Shown here piece by piece: positions 61,251 to 64,000 of a stretch of 64,000 nucleotides of DNA. The translations under genes were made by a program, and so were the position numbers. The DNA is from Eledone cirrhosa (taxonomy: Eukaryota): contig OZ024744.1 in NCBI GenBank assembly GCA_964016885.1, positions 42,036,001-42,100,000 on the forward strand, in the 5' to 3' direction. Below the pieces are notes generated by a model. It did no database searches. It saw only the letters and a list, made by a program, of their open reading frames with translations, and was not told the DNA's origin. Positions within the stretch are counted from its first letter, which is position 1. Each line of letters begins with the position of its first letter.

Positions 61251-62819
61251 CATGTATGTATGTATGTATGCATGTATGTATGTATGTATGTATGTACAGG
61301 CATTGCTTTATATCTGGAGATCTCTCTACACTTGTCCTCACATGGTACCAAGGGCCCAGCACTATGTGTCAATAATTGTCACAGGTGTAGTGTTTGTACC
61401 AGAGTTTTCAAGTCGCTGGCTAGACTAAAAAGTCACACTTGTTTAGCGCATCGGTAGGGGTTCTCCTACATGGATATAAAGTAGTGGCCGTACTCGAAAA
61501 CGAGTTGGCAGCCACATCAAAATACAACAATTCAGAAACATCAAAATACAACAATTTATTGGTCACTGGACTCGGGAATGTCACGACAGAAGTTTGTGGA
61601 AGTTACACAAATATTTTAGTATATTTTAGCAGAGCAATCCTTATTTATATTTTACATTTTACATTTACTTACATCTCGATATAACATGGCTAAAATTCAA
61701 ATTTTGCAAAGAGAAGAAAACGGTTAAATGAACTAGATACATCGCACTGTCCCCCGCCACCACAATAACTTCTACACTCTCTCCCCACCATCACATGTCA
61801 TTACCCTATCTAGACTAAAGTCATCGACCTGTTGTCAAACTCTCTACTCTCTGTTGAATATGTATATATATATATATATATGTATGTATATGTGTGTATA
61901 TACATCACTCAGTCAAACGACCAGATTTCAACCCCAACATCTACAACAACAACGCCGGCACTAATGTTTACAGCAACAACAGCTTCAGAATGAACTGAAA
62001 TGAACATTTACTACAACAACAGCGGCATCAAAAGATTTTTAAAAAAAAGAAAAAAAAAACTCAAAATAACAAAACACACACACGCACACAACACAACAAC
62101 ATCAACTGCCACCACCACCACCACCACCACCACCGTCGCCGCCATCACCATCACCAGCGACCGGGCCTTAAGAAACAACTTTAATAATCATTTTTCTGCT
62201 TTTGGCACAGATCCAGCGACTGGCCCAGCGCATCACTGGTACTCTCTTTTGTTGACTCCGTGGGGATGAAAGGCAAGGTTGACCTCGGCGGGATTTGAGC
62301 TCAAAGCGTGGAGAGCCATAACTCTATGCTGTAAAGCAATTATAATAATACTGGACTGTAGTACGATCGGCTTCAACTATACAAACTCTTGAAAGTCAAC
62401 AGTTGACATAATCTTGTAATCTTGTATCAGTAATTGCTTCTACTTTTGGCACAAGGCCAGCAATTACCCAGTGCATTACTGGTACTTTATTTTATCGACC
62501 CCGTAAGGATGAAAGGCAAAGTTAACCTCGGCAGGGTTTGAACTCAGATCATAAAGGGACGTAACTCTATGCTTCAAAGCATGGTGTCCGACTCTCTACC
62601 GATACTGCCAATCCCCCGCCCTTGTAATCTTGTATCAGTAATGACGGTAATATATATATATATATATGTGTGTGTGTGTAAGTGAGTAGAGTAGCGTGTG
62701 TGTGTTTGTTTGTATGTATGAGTGTTGCTGTGTGCGCGCATATGTATGCGCGTGTGTGTATGTCGTACGTATAAGTGTCAATAAGTGATTTTTATTTTTA
62801 TTTATTTTTTTTTTTTGCG

Positions 62820-63121
62820 CGGGGACATAGAAATAATCGGGCTGGATGCCCGATCACGCAGTTAAACCACTGGGAGTGAAAAACCCCTAGCCCTTGTCAG
62901 GGCATTCTTCTAGGAGAAGGCATCTCAGGAAACTGGGTTAACTCCGACATAAAACCTGCGGCTCAGTAGTTACCGATGATGTTGATCTTTTCTTCTTTTC
63001 GGGTTATAGCTACTGTCGCTCAGAGAGTGGGATTGGCTCAGTGCACAGTCTTTCCTCACTTTAAAAATATTCGTCACGCACAGGCATTGCACGAGTGCAT
63101 TAATAATTATTAATAGTGTAC

Positions 63122-63178
<57 letters not shown>

Positions 63179-64000
63179 TATTATTACTTTTTTTTTTTCA
63201 AATTCAATGATGTTCCAGAACAATATAAAAGAGATAATTGGCAATTTAGGTTCTGGAACAAAAAAGATCATTGGCAATAAGGGCATGGGGCCCCAGGTTA
63301 TCATAGCCTGGGCCCGATCGTCATCGTGCCATTGTAATAGAGCCAAACAGGGCATTTAGACTGGCTGCTGGAACGTACGGACGCTGCTTGACAGGGATTC
63401 CTTGGAGCGTCCTGAACGAAGGACCGCTCTTGTTGCAAAGGAGCTTCGACGTTACGATCTTGACATCGTGGCTTTATCTGAGACGAGGCTAGCTGGAGAT
63501 GGTCATCTTACGGAATTTTGTGTAGAATATACATTCTTCTGGAAAGGAAGAGATGAAGGAACCAGAAGAGAGGCTGGGGTAGAATTTGCTGTTAAGACTG
63601 TGCTTGTGAACAAATTAGAAGAATTCCCAGTAGGGATTAGTGAGCGTCTTATGTCCATGAGAATTCCGCTGGACAAGGGAAGATATGCTACCCTGGTGAG
63701 TGTGTATGCTCCAACTATGAGTTCTGTCGATGAAGAAAAGGTGTCCTTTTACCATGCCTTGAAAGGTGTTTTAAGAAATATCCCTCAGGCAGACAAAGTC
63801 ATCGTGCTTGGTGACTTTAATGCTAGAGTGGGTAGGGATTTTAACACATGGAATGTAATCGGAAAGCATGGGGTGGGAAAGTGTAACAGCAATGGTATGC
63901 TCCTGCTGCAGATGTGTGAGGAGCTGGATCTGTGTGTTACCAACACCATGTTCCAACAAAAGAACAAATTCAAGACCACATGGATGCATCCTGCATCTAA
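62820..64000 (+). mobile_element. 5' end of an RTE-clade LINE: 5' UTR (interrupted near 63105-63340) and APE endonuclease, running off the right edge
   Basis: WNVRTL, DIVALSETRL, VSVYAPT, VLGDFNARVG, GKCNSNGMLLL, TNTMFQQK..TTWMHP (63355-64000). Confidence 0.88.

Noticed and set aside
61290-61457. C2H2 zinc-finger gene (CSVCTRVFKSLARLKSH)
   Set aside because: A single short motif among LINE debris, best explained as the C-terminal remnant of an RTE-type LINE.

Overview
Eukaryotic, gene-free, transposon-dense DNA. The octopus-type SINEs and (TA)n/(CA)n tracts suggest a cephalopod host (inference). Bases 1-30230 are a seamless head-to-tail array of a ~4.15-kb Penelope-like retroelement (PLE) with Naiad-type RT and a C-terminal GIY-YIG endonuclease. 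It has 7 full units plus partial units and runs off the left edge. Four units have intact 1211-aa ORFs, one has a late stop, and three (two full, one partial) share a 4-bp frameshift. Every unit carries a minimal hammerhead ribozyme (HHR) and a ~160-aa Asn-rich insert. The array ends 28 codons into an 8th ORF, fused to (TA)n. Bases 30.2-50.8 kb are a (TA)n hotspot of Naiad-, Hydra- and Neptune-type PLE insertions, many with inverted 5' ends. It contains at least 8 different HHR motifs and a 683-nt non-coding HHR unit resembling a retrozyme. Bases 50.9-54.6 kb are an unclassified element with a spliced SGNH-hydrolase gene. Bases 54.6-64 kb are older RTE and R4-like LINE fragments, SINEs and foldback elements. 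All structures were read by eye; no alignments or folding were run.
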